Source: Leucoraja erinacea (Eukaryota). From it: a stretch of 64,000 nt of DNA. Shown here piece by piece: positions 51,551 through 64,000 of the stretch. A model generated the notes under the pieces. That model did no database searches, was not told where the DNA came from, and saw only the letters and a program-made list of their open reading frames with translations. The position numbers were made by a program, and so were the translations under genes. Location of the stretch: positions 35,216,001 through 35,280,000 of the forward strand of contig NC_073393.1 of assembly GCF_028641065.1 (NCBI RefSeq). The letters are read 5' to 3'. The stretch's first letter is position 1. Each line of letters opens with the position of its first letter.

Positions 51551-53589
51551 TGAATGCAATGCAGGTTGGATTGGTGGAGAATGTTTGCCTTACAGATGTT
51601 GAACATTCAGCCCATCCTCTTGTGCGATTCTGTGCAAGTATTGGCAGTGACAACTGTAAATCATACATCGACCGAAACTTGCATTTGGGCAGCAAGTTAA
51701 GGTAGAAGAATAACTATAGTTGTCTGATTACATAATGCAATTTAATGTTTTACTGAGGTGCCGGCATTGAATCTGAATTTATTTTGAGTGTTTCAGCGTC
51801 AGGAATCCCAATTTGCATGCTTGTCTCCACTCAACATACTTTTCCTTTAGCATTCCAGTTTTTGAAACCACCAAGAAGTCACCTGGGGTGATTTCAGGCC
51901 TGGTAAATAGCACAAAAAAAAAAGCAAACAACCTTGCTTCCACTACAGAATGGAGATTTCTAAGACGAATTGACTGTAAATGAGACATAAAATTGGCCCC
52001 GATTCTCTCTGAAGTCCCTGCTTGCGTGTAAAGCTGAGCCAAGCAGGAGAGGAATGCTGGCTTGGTGATGTGGTCACCACACTGGCACCTGTCCAACGTA
52101 CCTGTGTGGGCCAATCCTTTTCTATTGCTGTGCGAATGTGGAAAAATGTAGACCTTATGTTAACTGAAGCAAACTGAAGCGTGTGGAGTGACTCCATTTT
52201 GCTTCACATGAATGGGGCTTTTGTGTCAATTTAGTGCTTCAGCTCTTTGTAATTTCAGGCTGCCAGCTCTTTATAGGTGTAAATTGGATTCCCTCTTTAC
52301 TTCTAATGCTCTGAACTAAATAACCATGGAAATGCTGCATTAAGGTACCAAAACTAATTAGCTGTACTGATAAACAATCCACACAACGGAAGGATATCAC
52401 GTTAATAAACGCCCGCAAATATTAAAAAAAGAATCAAACAATGGGGGAAACAGCAGCCTATTTTAACAGCAGAGAATATTACTGAAAAATACTGATCAAC
52501 AAAATGGCTTTTGTAGAGCATTATTAATGAAGGAGGAAGCTGCCAGGGTATTAATAGTCAAATTAAATCCGCAAAGCTTAAGCAGTTACATAAAGAATTA
52601 GTTTGGACAAAGACCTTTCTGCTTTTCTTTTCACACATTGCCATTATCCCCATAGAAACTGTAAAATGATTCAGCCATTTAAGCTCCTACCCACTTCCTG
52701 ATCTAATTTGAAATGCAGTCAAGTTTGAAAAGCAAACCTGAGCATTTTAAAATACCAAGTACAGAGAGAATTCTAAAATCACATTTAACTGGAAATAGAG
52801 GAAATCAACGATCAGGTTTCCTCCACTCCCAGTTCAGTTTCGGCTTTTTTTTTTTTTTCATTTTAATTTGGTAAAGATATAGCTCTTGTTATAAGAATTA
52901 TAGGTAGCTAAATTGCCTCATTCATCATTATTAATATTATTTCCAGCTCTTTTTAATGAATTAATTAAAAATGACTTTATGGTGAACAGTGTTCCTATTA
53001 AATTGAAAATAAAACAAGAGGAGTAACAAAAACTTGACAATGTTATCAAATGCAATATTGGGCCAAAAATGGATTATCGTACAGAATACATAATATAAAC
53101 TGGAAGGTTGCAAATTGCAATTTAACCCATCAAAAATGCTCCATTTTGTCATTCCTAACAATCATTTTAATTTTCCTCAGCAACAGCCTTCAACCCTTGG
53201 ATCTCCATGGAACGAGTTATTATTTTCTTTTGAAACATTTGGTTGAATCATTTTTAACCACGCCAGGTTGCAATTACATTTAGCATGCGGTTTCCTTAGT
53301 TAATAATAATATCCTCTAGGTCTCATTTCCTGGTTAAACATACAAAGCATTGCCACATCCACCCCACTGATTCCATCTTCTCTGTTGAGAATAGTGTTAA
53401 CTGCCGTAGCCTCTTGTTACAGTTCACCGATTCTAGACATTAGACCATCCTTGTAGCTGCTCTTTGATCCTTCTTTCTTGCCTGTCTTCTTTATCTTTGC
53501 AAATGTGATTCCCAAATCTGGTCTTCAAATATCATGTCGCCAGAACCTTACAAAATATCACTGTAGACTTTATACATTGTTGTACACAT

Positions 53590-54600
53590 CCCGACCTACA
53601 AGAATGATGCTGAAGTGGAGATGGTCAAGAGCTTCAAGATTCATGGTAGAAATATCAACAATTTGACGTGGTCTAACCACATTGATGATTTGACCTTGAA
53701 AGCACATCAATCTCTCCAGAAGAATGAGGACATTTGACATCTCTTCTCCAAGTCTTACAGTTTCTATAGATGCATTCTATCACAGGATACATTGTAGCTT
53801 GGAATGGCATCTTCTCTGTCCACAGCTGCAAGAAATTGCAGAGAGTTGTTGATGAAGCCCAGTCCAGCAAGCAAGCCAGCCACCCACCATTGACGTGATC
53901 TTTCTAGAGAAAGCAGTCAACAAAATCAAGGACCACTCGTACCCAGCCATTCTTTCCTTTCCCTTTCCCTTTCCCTTAAGGCAGAAGATACAAATGCTTG
54001 AAAACATGCACCACCAGATTCAAGAATAGCTTATCCCCTGCTGTTACCAAACTCTTAAATGGACTTTAGGTTTTTAGTTTTAGAGATACAGCGTGGAAAC
54101 AGGCACTTCAGCCCACCGAGGCCGCGCCGACCAGCATTCCCCGCATATTAACATTATCCTGCACACACTATGGACAATTTACATTTATACAACCTACAAA
54201 CCTGTACATCTTTGGAGTGTGGGAGGAAACCGAAGATCCCGGAGAAAACCCACGCGGTCACGTGGCGAACGTACAAACACCATGCAGGCCGCACCCGTAT
54301 TCGGGATGGAACCCGAGTCTCTGGCACTAAAAGCGCTGTAAGGCAGCAACTCTACCACTGCGCCACCCGTGTCGTCCTATACTTCTTGTACACCAAAGAT
54401 GTATTTTCCAATCTACCTCATTGAAACCTTTGCACTTTTTCTTACCTGCACTTTCCCTGTAGCTGTAATATTATTTTCTGAACTTTGTGCAAAAAGAGAA
54501 AGGAAACAATCTGTTGTACTCATCTATGTATGATTGTATTCGTATATACAGTATCCCGATCTGCCTCTATTGCATGCAAAATAAATGTGTTCACTGTATC
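53590..54600 (+). mobile_element. Old Rex1/Babar-type LINE fragment interrupted by a SINE (about 54065-54370)
   Basis: CKKLQRVVDEAQS...KIKDHSYP...TTRFKNS-like translation. Confidence 0.65.
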
Positions 54601-55433
54601 TCAGTACATGGGACAAGAGTAAATCTATACCCATACCAAATACCAATGCCTTGTCCATTGTTGTCATCTCAATAAGGAAACATAATCCCTTCTGTGGTCT
54701 ATTTCATTTCATAGCAGACGCCTCACGGCATAATGTTGTTTGCTGTTTCCTTTACAGCCTATATTACTCGTTTCATTATTAAATGCTACTTGGTATTCAT
54801 TTGTCAGTTACTTAATGTCCACAAACCTCTTTGCTGAATATCCTTATCAAAACATCTCTTTCCTGCAAACAGGATATTATTTGCAAATCGGAATATCTTG
54901 CTAACAACAAATTCATTAGGATCCTTGGTTTCTAGTCTTAAAAGATCGAAATACGGACAAGCCCTTGATGAGACCACAATGTGAGCATTGTGTACAGTTT
55001 TGATCTCCTTACCTACAGAAGGGTATATTTGTTAGAGATGCAGGGGAATGAAGATTCACCAGACAGGTTCAAGAGATGATGGTATATGGTATATGAAGAG
55101 AGAATGAACAGCATAGATATTTGTACCTGGAGTTTAGAAGAATGAAAAGTGAACTCTTTCACGCACAAAATACTTCAAGTGTCAAGACAATTCTAACGTG
55201 TTTAATGTTCGTATGTACCGACAACAGAACAATGAAATTCTTCCATGCAGCAAGATAACAGGACCATATACACCATACACATAGATAATATATAAAATAA
55301 ACAGAACATCAACACAATACTAACTTCAGATAGCTCGTGCTTTCTCTCTCCATCCCCTTCCCAGTTCTCCCACTAGTCTTACTGTCTCCGCTTTCATTCT
55401 ATCTTTGTCCCGCCCCCCTTTCCTGACATCAGT

Positions 55434-55461
55434 CTGAAGAAGGGTCTCGACCTGAAACGTC
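55434..55461 (+). ncRNA. Minimal hammerhead ribozyme motif in a Penelope-like tail (best copy)
   Basis: CUGAAGA-A-GGGU-CUCG-ACCU-GAAA-CG-UC matches the CUGANGA / stem II / GAAA / NUH core described for Penelope-like elements. Confidence 0.65.
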
Positions 55462-55505
55462 GCCCATTCCTTCTCTCCAGAGCTGCTGCCTCGCCCGCTG
55501 AGTTA

Positions 55506-55702
55506 AGGGCCTGTCACACTTGGTGATTTTTTCGGCCACTGCCGGCATCATTGACTGATGTATCAAGTCACCGAAAAAGTTGCAGCATGAAGTGACACAA
55601 CTTTTTTTGTCACCGCTGGATTTTGAAATGTTCAAAATCTTTTGTCAACCCTGATATGACATCGGCAGTCACCGAAAAAAATCTCCAAGTGGGACACGCC
55701 CG
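55506..55702. mobile_element. PIF/Harbinger-type MITE with TTA TSD
   Basis: TTA|AGGGCCTGTCACACTTGGTGATTTTTTCGG...CCGAAAAAAATCTCCAAGTGGGACACGCCCG|TTA. It splits the Penelope-tail motif GCTGAGTTACTCCAGC. Confidence 0.88.
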
Positions 55703-56911
55703 TTACTCCAGCATTTTGTGTCTACCCCCAATGTTTTTAGTGCAATCAAAGACACGTCTTAGAAGTTAATAGTCGAGGTCGTATTGTGTAGCAAACAAGA
55801 GCCTGATGGTTGTTGGGAAGAAGTTATTCTTGAATCTGGTGGTCATGTTTATAAAACTCCTATACTTTCTTCACAATGGTAGGAGTCAAATGGCTTCCTT
55901 TTTGAGGTTGTAGGGAGGTCAGTACTTGTGATTGACTGGGCAGTGTCATAGAGGACTTCATGAGGTAGATGTGGAGAGGATATACCCTCAGGCTGAACAA
56001 TCTAGACTGGGAGATCATAGTCTAAAGAAAAGATTGGGCATCTAGAACTGAAATAAGAAGAAATTCCCTCACTTGGAGGGCATTGATTATGTTTTACTCT
56101 CTCTGCCAAATGGCTGTGGAGACACAGACATTGATTGCTTTCAACACTTCTTCTTCTTATCGAGTCCACATCACAAGATTGGAAATTGTTCAGCCAGAGT
56201 TGAACACAGTTCTCGGCATCTGCATACAATGATGTCTTGTGCTTCTTGCGCGTGGTGGTGGAAAGATTGGTGGAAACATGGCCGCGACGTGAATGCTCTT
56301 TCCTTGACCCTCTTTCAAAACTGAGATTGATGGATTTCTGAATAGAAGAGAAATCAAGGGATTAGTGGATAAAACACGGTATGCAGATAAAAGGTCAACC
56401 TTGATTTTACTGAATGGTAAGGCTGATTCAATGATCCAAATGGCCCACACTTGCTCCTCATAGAATCATACTGCATGGAGACAGACCCTTCAGCCCAACT
56501 TGCCCAAGCCGACCAACTTGCCCCATCTGCACTGGTCCCACCTGCATGCATTTGGCTCGTATCCCTCTAAACCTTTCATATCAGGTTCTTATATTCTTAT
56601 CCTCCTAGTTCTTATGTTTACTGTGTCCCAAATTGATCGCTCGTGGAAGTCCACTGATCTAAACTACCCAATTATGACTATTTATCTCCCAGTACTGAGA
56701 TCATTATTAATTCACATTTGGTATGATTTTCAAGCTGGAGATGAAGGGTAAAACTTAATAGCAAGAATTTAATTGTCCTATCTGGGACACATGACAATGA
56801 ACTCTCTTGAATCTTGAATCTACATGATAGAAAAGAGAATAGTCTGCAGTAGACAGGCCTATCCAACTCAGTTGCTGTATTTAGCTTAGTTTAGTTTAAA
56901 GATACAACACG

Positions 56912-59900
56912 GTATAGAAACATAGAAAATAGGTGCAGGAGTAGGCTATTCAGCCCTTCGAGCCTGCACCGCCATTCAATATGATCATGGCTGATCATCC
57001 AACTCAGTATCCTGTACCTGCCTTCTCTCCATACCCCCTGATCCACTTAGCCACAAGGGCCACATCTAACTCCCTCTTAAATATAGCCAATGAACTGGCC
57101 TCAACTACATACTGTGGCAGAGAATTCCAGAGATTCACCACTCTCTGTGTGAAAAATATTTTCCTCATCTCGGTCCTAAAGGATTTCCCCCTTATCCTTA
57201 AACTGTGACCCCTTGTTCTGGACTTCCCCAACATCGGGAACAATCTTCCTGCATCTAGCCTGTCCAACCCCTTAAGAATTTTGTAAGTTTCTATAAGATC
57301 CCCCATCAATCTTCTAAATTCTAGCGAGTATAAACCGAGTCTATCCAGTCTTTCTTCATATGAAAGTCCTGACATCCCAGGAATCAGTCTGGTGAACCTT
57401 CTCTGTACTCCCTCTATGGCAAGAATGTCCTTCCTCAGATTAGGAGACCAAAATTGTAAGCAATACTCCAGGTGTGGTCTCAGCAGGACCCTGTACAACT
57501 GCAGTAGAACCTCCATGCTCCTATACTCAAATCCTTTTGCTATGAATGCTAACATACCATTCGCCTTCTTCACTGCCTGCCGCACCTGCATGTCTACTTT
57601 TAATGAATGGTGTACCATGACACCCAGATCTCTTTGCATCTCCCCCTTTCCTAATCGGCCACCATTCAGATAATAGTCTACTTTCCTGTTTTTGCCACCA
57701 AAGTGGATAACCTCACATTTATCCACATTATACTGCATCTGCCATGCATTTGCCCACTCACCCAGCCTATCCAAGTCACCTTGCAGCCTCCTAGCATCCT
57801 CCTCACAGCTAACACTGCCCCCCAGCTTTGTGTCATCCGCAAACTTGGAGATGTTGCATTCAATTCCCTCGTCCAAATCATTAATATATATCGTAAATAG
57901 CTGGTGTCCCAGCACTGAACCTTGCGGTACCCCACTAGTCACTGCCTGCCATTCTGAAAAGGACCCGTTTACTCCTACTCTTTGCTTCCTGTCTGCCAGC
58001 CAATTCTCTATCCACATCAATGCTGAACACCCAATACCGTGTGCTTTAAGTTTGTATACTAATCTCTTATGTGGAACCTTGTCGAAAGCCTTTTGAAAGT
58101 CCAGATATAACACATCCACCGGTTCTCCCTTATCCACAGTTACATCCTCGAAGAATTCTATAAGATTCGTCAGATATGATTTACCTTTCATAAATCCATG
58201 CTGACTTTGTCCAATAATTTCACCACTTTCCAAATGTGCTGCTATCCCATCTTTAATAACTGATTCTAGCAGTTTCCCCACTACCGATGTTAGACTAACT
58301 GGTCTGTAATTCCCCGTTTTCTCTCTCCCTCTCTTTTTTAAAAAGTGGGGTTACATTAGCTACCCTCCAATCCTCAGGAACTACTCCAGAATCTAAAGAG
58401 TTTTGAAAAATTATCACTAATGCATCCACTATTTCTGGGGCTACTTCCTTAAGTACTCTGGGATGCAGCCTATCTGGCCCTAGGGATTTATCGGCCTTTA
58501 ATCCATTCAATTTACCTAACACCACTTCCCGGCTAACCTGGATTTCACTCAGTTCCTCCATCTCATTTTACCCCTGGTCCCCTGCTATTTCCGGCAGATT
58601 ATTTATGTCTTCCTTAGTGAGGACAGAACCAAAGTAGTTATTCAATTGGTCTGCCATGTCCTTGTTCCCCATGATCAATTCACCTGTTCCTGACAGCAAG
58701 ACTACATTTGTTTTAACTAATCTTTTTCTCTTCACATATCTATAAAATCTTTGCAGTCAGTTTTTATGTTCCCTGCAAGTTTTCTTTCATAATCTATTTT
58801 CCCTTTCCTAATTAAGCCTTTTGTCCTCCTCTGCTGGACTCTGAATTTCTCCCAGTTCTCTGGTAGGCTGCTTTTTCTGGCTAATTTGAACGCTTCATCT
58901 TTTGTTTTGATGCTATCCCTGATTTCCCTTGTTATCCACGGATGCACTACCTTCGCTGATTTATTTTTTTGCCAAACTGGGATGAACAATTGTTGTAGTT
59001 CATCCATGCAGTCTTTAAATGTCTTCCATTGCATATCCACCGTCAACCCATTAAGAATCAATTGCCAGTCTATCTTGGCCAATTCACGTCTCATACATTC
59101 AAAGTTACCTTTCTTTAAGTTCAGGACCCTTGTTTCTGAATTAACAATGTCACTCTCCATCCTAATGAAGAACTCAACCATATTATGGTCACTCTTGCCC
59201 AAGGGGCCACGCACAACAAGACTGCTAACTAACCCTTCCTCATTACTCAATACCCAATCTAGAATAGCCTGCTCTCTCGTTGGTTCATCTACATGTTGGT
59301 TTAGAAAACTATCCCGCATACATTCCAAGAAATCCTCTTCCTCAGCACCCTTGCAAATTTGATTCACCCAATGTATATGTAGATTGAAGTCACCCATTAT
59401 AACTATTTTACCTTTGTTGCACGCATTTGTAATTTCCTGTTTGATGCCATCCCCAACTCCACTGCTACTGTTAGGTGGCCTGTACACAACTCCCACTGAC
59501 GTTTTCTGCCCCTTAGTGTTTTGCAGCTCTACCCATATCGATTCCACAGCCTCCAAGCTAATGTCCTTCCTTTCTATTGCGTTAATCTGCTCTCTAACCA
59601 GCAACGCTACCCCACCTCCTTTCCCTTTCTGTCTATCCCTCCTGAATATTGAATATCCCTGGATGTTCAGCTCCCAGCCTTGGTCACCTTGGAGCCATGT
59701 CTCCGTGATCCCAACTATATCATAGTCATTAATAGCTATCTGCACATTCAACCCATCCACCTTATAACGAATGCTCCTTGCATTGAGACACAAAGCCTTC
59801 AGGCTTGTTTTTACAACACTCTTACCTCTTATACAATTATGTTGAAAAGTGGCCCTTTTTGATTTTTGCCCTGGTTTTGTCTGCCTGCCACTTTTACTTT

Positions 59901-60238
59901 TCACATTGCTACCTATTGCTCTACCCTCATTTTACACCCCTCTGTCTCTCCGCTCACACCTTTACGAAACCCTTTCCCTTTAACACCATCCTCAACTATC
60001 CCATTTGACACCCCACCCCCCTTATTCAGTTTAAAACCACCCGTGTAGCAGTGGCAATCCTGCCTGCCAGAATGCTGGTCCCCCACCTGTTAAGATGCAA
60101 TCTGTCCCTTTTGTAGAGTTCCCCCTTACTCCAAAACAGATCCCAGTGATCTAAGAATCTAAATCCCTGCCCTATGCACCAGTTCCTCAGCCACACATTC
60201 AGGTCCCGTATCTCCCTGTTCCTGCTCTCGTCAGCACG
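56912..60238 (-). mobile_element. Near full-length CR1 LINE: ORF1 esterase C-terminus plus frameshifted ORF2 (APE endonuclease and RT)
   Basis: ORF1 60026-60292 (FLDHWDLFW...LYKRDRLHLN). EN 58732-59904 (NARS, GITETW, YRPP, GDFN, SDH). RT 57004-58281 (QHGF, YLDFQKAFDKVPH, GVPQGSVLG, FADD). (CTATGTTT)n tail. Confidence 0.97.
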
Positions 60239-60890
60239 GACCAGGCCCTTTGGCCCACCGAGTCCGCACCGACCAAGGATCCCTGCACACATTTACACTA
60301 TCCTACACACACCAGGGACAATTTGCACACACACCAAGCCAATTAGTCTACAAACCTGTACATCTTTGAAGTGTGGGAGGAAACCGAAGATCTCGAAGAA
60401 AAGTCACGTGGTCATGGGGAGAACGTACAGACAACGTACAGACAGCACCCATGGTCGGGATCGCACCCAGGCAACCGGCACTGCAAGCGCTGTAAAGCAG
60501 CAACTGTACCGCTGTGCCGCCCAATTTCCATCATCATTTTGGTAAATGTACTATCCCTGTGTAGATAATAACTGTTGTTTTTGGTTGGTGGATGTTCCCA
60601 ATCAAAAATTACTGGGTAAATGAGGACTGCCTTTTGATCTTGAATTTTTTTAAACTTATTCTTCTTTTCAGTTTGTGGTTCTGGTTGGTTAGATATATTG
60701 CCCATCCCTAATTGCGAGTGAAGGTGACGGTGATGCATTTTCATGACCTGCTGCTGTCCTTTAGGTGAAGATGCGCTCATGAAGCTGTTGGATAGGGAGT
60801 TTGCGGATTTAAACTCGGGTCCACTGAAAGGTGAAAAAGGCAGAAATAATTACGTCAGGATAGAAAGAATCTTGGAGCGGACGTTCCATG

Positions 60891-60964
60891 CAAGAGCGGA
60901 ACTCGCTATCAAAACATGGAGGGGACCGGGGGACACAATTTTGTATGGCGGCCACGTGCGCATG

Positions 60965-61013
<49 letters not shown>

Positions 61014-61664
61014 GCACACACACACACACACACACACACGCGCGCGCGTGCGGCTTCGGAGGCTCAATCCAGCGCTAAATGCAGCTCAACTCTGCCTGTC
61101 TCACCGGGTTAGCTACAGCCCTGTCTGGACACCAGTGCTGCTTCTCCGCGCTGGCCTAATTTCCCGCAAGTCCAGGGAAGGCTGTAGGTTCACCTGGCGG
61201 GACAGGCAGAGTTGAGCTGGGTTTAGCGCTGCTTCTCTGCGTTGGCTGTGGGCCTGGGGGCACCGCTCGCGTCTGACTCCTGACCTCTCTGGCCACCCGT
61301 GGGGGGGGGGGGCACTCGGGACAGCGCCGGAGAGCCGGCCAGAGCGGATGAGGTGCAGGTCTGTGCCACGACTCCCTCCTCCAATCACCGCACTCTATCC
61401 TCAGTCCCACCACCCCAACTTCCGCCTCCCCATTCCTCCCTCCTCCAATCATCGCGCTGAATCATCATGTTCCGCCCCCATTGCCTGCTGACCGATGTCT
61501 CCCTCGATCATCGGTCCCACCCCCCACTGTCTCGCAGAAAGCGGAGATTTCATCGGGTTTTAAAAGCCGGATCGCAAAAACTTGTGGGGGATGTCCCCCA
61601 CCTCTCAAAACATGGGGGGGGGGGGGACATGTCCCCTCTGGCCCCCCCGGGTTTTCCGCCCCTG
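60891..61664 (+). mobile_element. Non-autonomous hAT-type element with perfect 8-bp TSD
   Basis: GTTCCATG at 60883-60890 and 61665-61672. Imperfect TIR CAAGAGCGGAAC / TTTCCGCCCCTG. Contains a (CA)n microsatellite at about 60971-61040. Confidence 0.9.
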
Positions 61665-61684
61665 GTTCCATGTCCCCACTGTCC

Positions 61685-62205
61685 TTTGGTTGAACACCTA
61701 TGCTCAGTCCGCCCAGGCCTACATGATTTCCGGGTTATTAAACACTTTAATTCCCCCTCCTATACTCATACTGACCTCTCCGTCCTGGGCCTCATCCACT
61801 GTCAGAGTGAGGCCCTACGCAAATTGGAGGAAGAACACCTCATATTTTGCTTGGGCAGCTTACAACCTAGCGGTATGAATATTGATTTCTCTAACTTCAA
61901 GTAACCTTTGCTTTCCCTCTCTCTCTGTCCCTCCCCCATCTTAGTTTCACTGTCCTCTTGATTAAATATTACTGATTGTGTGCCACGTTGCCACCTTTCC
62001 CTCAGCTAACAATGCACCATTCTACATTTCCTAGATTATCGTCCCCTTTGATCTGTGTTTTCACTCCGTACCCTTGTATTTCTCTATGTCCCTCTCCCCT
62101 AACTCTCAGTCGGAAGAAGAGTCTCGTCCTTAAACATTACCCATTCCATCGCTCTGGAGATGCTGCCTGTCCCGCCGAGTTACTTCAGCATTTTGTGTCT
62201 ATCAT
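61685..62205 (+). mobile_element. Penelope-like element 3' fragment
   Basis: EHLCSVR...KHFNSPS...RKLEEEHLIFCLGSLQPSGMNIDFSNFK (GIY-YIG end) and a tail with a degenerate hammerhead motif near 62110. Confidence 0.85.
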
Positions 62206-62229
62206 GGGTTTGGGAGGTGACCAGAGATG

Positions 62230-63620
62230 ACATAAAGTGCATTTTATAGATAACATACACTTAAGCCACTGTCTGTCAATGTGACTGTTTGGGTGAGGGG
62301 TGGGTGCAAATCAAGCAGACTGCTTTGGCTTGAATGATTTGGAGCTTTTTCAGTGTTGTTGGATTTGCACTGTTTGCTGCAGGGAGTGTTCCTGCGCTCA
62401 GCTGGTTTGATCCTTGTCGGTAGTGGAATGACTTTTGGCTGTCAGGAAGTAATTTACTCACCTCTGACATGGTTTTTGACCCATGGTATTCATGTGGCTG
62501 AGGTTCGACAAAATGCTGAGCTTCAGGATGATGATAGCAAGTGTTTCAGCAACCGTGGTGCCATCGAGTATATCAGAAGTAAGTGTTTGGACTCTCTCAT
62601 GGAAGTTGTCACTTTTGTGGCATGATTATTACTTGCCATTTGTCAGCTCATGCCCGAATGCTGACAAGATCTTGCCGCATAAAGAGATCGACAACTTAAT
62701 TTGCAAAGCAGTTTTAAGAATGGAATTGAATATTATACAATTGTCAACAGATATGATGGAAGGAAGGTCCTTGATGAGGCAGCTAAAGGGGCTGCCCAAG
62801 GATATTGCCCAGATGAACTCCAGCATTGTAGTCCTGAAATGTAAATGATGAACATCCAATAACTCCAACCATCTTACTTATATCTCCAGTGCCAATGTAT
62901 TCCCTTTGATGCCCATCTACTTCAATTTTACTCGAGCTCCTTGATACCATTATGTCAAATGTTTTTTTTTTGATGGGCAAGGGCAGTCAGCTTCTCATTA
63001 TCTCTCGTCCATAATTGGACAAAGGCAGCAATGAGTCCAGGAGCCAAGTGGTCACTGTGAACTCCAATGACCAGGGTTATTGCAGAGTAGGTACCACATG
63101 AGAGCACTGTGGACAACACCATCATCGTTTGCCTGATGACTGAAGGTAGATTGATTGGACAGTCAGTAATCTGATAGGATTTGACCTTCTGTTTGTGAAA
63201 AATAAACATGGATAAATTTAACTATTGCCAGGTGCCAGTGTTGCCACTGCCCTGGAACAGCATGGTAAGACGTGAAGCTAGTTCCAAAGCACAGGTTCTT
63301 CAGTACCACAGCTGGAACATTGTTTAGTTCCATTGCATTTGCTGTATCCAGCCATTCCAGAAATATCTTGATATCACATAGAATGTATCAGTTGGTTGAA
63401 AGCTGACTTTCCCCACGGTGGGTTCTCAGCAGAAGCCAAAGTGAATACTTCACGTGGTATTTTGGTTGAACATGTTCTGAATGCATCAGTCAAGATATAG
63501 CACTCCCATGCTGGCTACAGCCAACAATCAGGATGGTGATTTTCTTGGCACCACTTCCACCGCTTAGTTGTTTTATTTTCCACCACCAAACATAACTAGA
63601 TGTGGTGGGTTTCTGCTCTT
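62230..63620 (-). mobile_element. Old degenerate CR1/L2-group LINE; its 3' end probably lies at about 60690-60880
   Basis: Eroded RT-like peptides: PTTLKKLQIIQAKAVCLI, SLGSPFSCLIKDLPSII and ALAHQKKTFDIMV. Confidence 0.6.
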
Positions 63621-64000
63621 CAGTCGACCATAGTGGCACTGTTCCATTCACACGTTCCTTACTTGGGTTTGATGATGATATATTTCAAGTTAATGCCAGT
63701 CATCAACTTTAGTTCCCATCTTGAAGTCTGTTCATTTTTCTATAATACTCACCCAGATGTATAAACCCAGAGAGCATACAAAGCTTCCACCACATTCCTG
63801 ACAACTGGATAATCATCATTAGATGCCTTATCTCCTTCTTCCATTCTCCTCCATGACGCCAGCAACCACATCAAGGGAAACACAATCATCAGTAACCACG
63901 TCCATCTCTACTTTAGACGTGTCATGTCTCTCTTTGCCCATATTCACGCAGCATCCTTTTGTCTGAAGAAAGGTCTCAACCCAAATCATCAGCTATCCAT

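Noticed and set aside
57004-59904. Active CR1 element
   Set aside because: ORF2 is split by frameshifts (58281/58295 and 58561/58732) and the 5' end is cut by a SINE.
60743-61215. His/Thr- and Cys/Val-repeat ORFs
   Set aside because: Translations of the (CA)n microsatellite.

Overview
Eukaryotic, repeat-rich, apparently intergenic or intronic DNA. The repeat set (CR1 LINEs with esterase ORF1, tRNA-derived V-SINEs, Rex1/Babar, Penelope tails, DIRS, Tc1) suggests a cartilaginous fish such as a skate or ray; this is inference. No intact host protein-coding gene is visible. The window holds a nearly full-length decayed CR1 (56.9-60.2 kb, -), many CR1 3' fragments and an internally inverted DIRS element. 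It also holds a Tc1 element with a nested hAT MITE, a non-autonomous Helitron, three PIF/Harbinger-type MITEs, a solo LTR and an internally deleted LTR element. Penelope remnants carry about 10 minimal hammerhead-ribozyme motifs. The most striking item is a TIR-bounded non-autonomous DNA transposon (12819-15562) that carries a TDP2-like first exon (ATG, UBA-like N-terminus, GTAAGT donor) plus a second diverged partial copy, which suggests Pack-type capture of a host exon. There is an assembly gap at 14575-14703 and a probable consensus artefact near 17.6-18.7 kb. Family names come from recalled motifs, not database searches.
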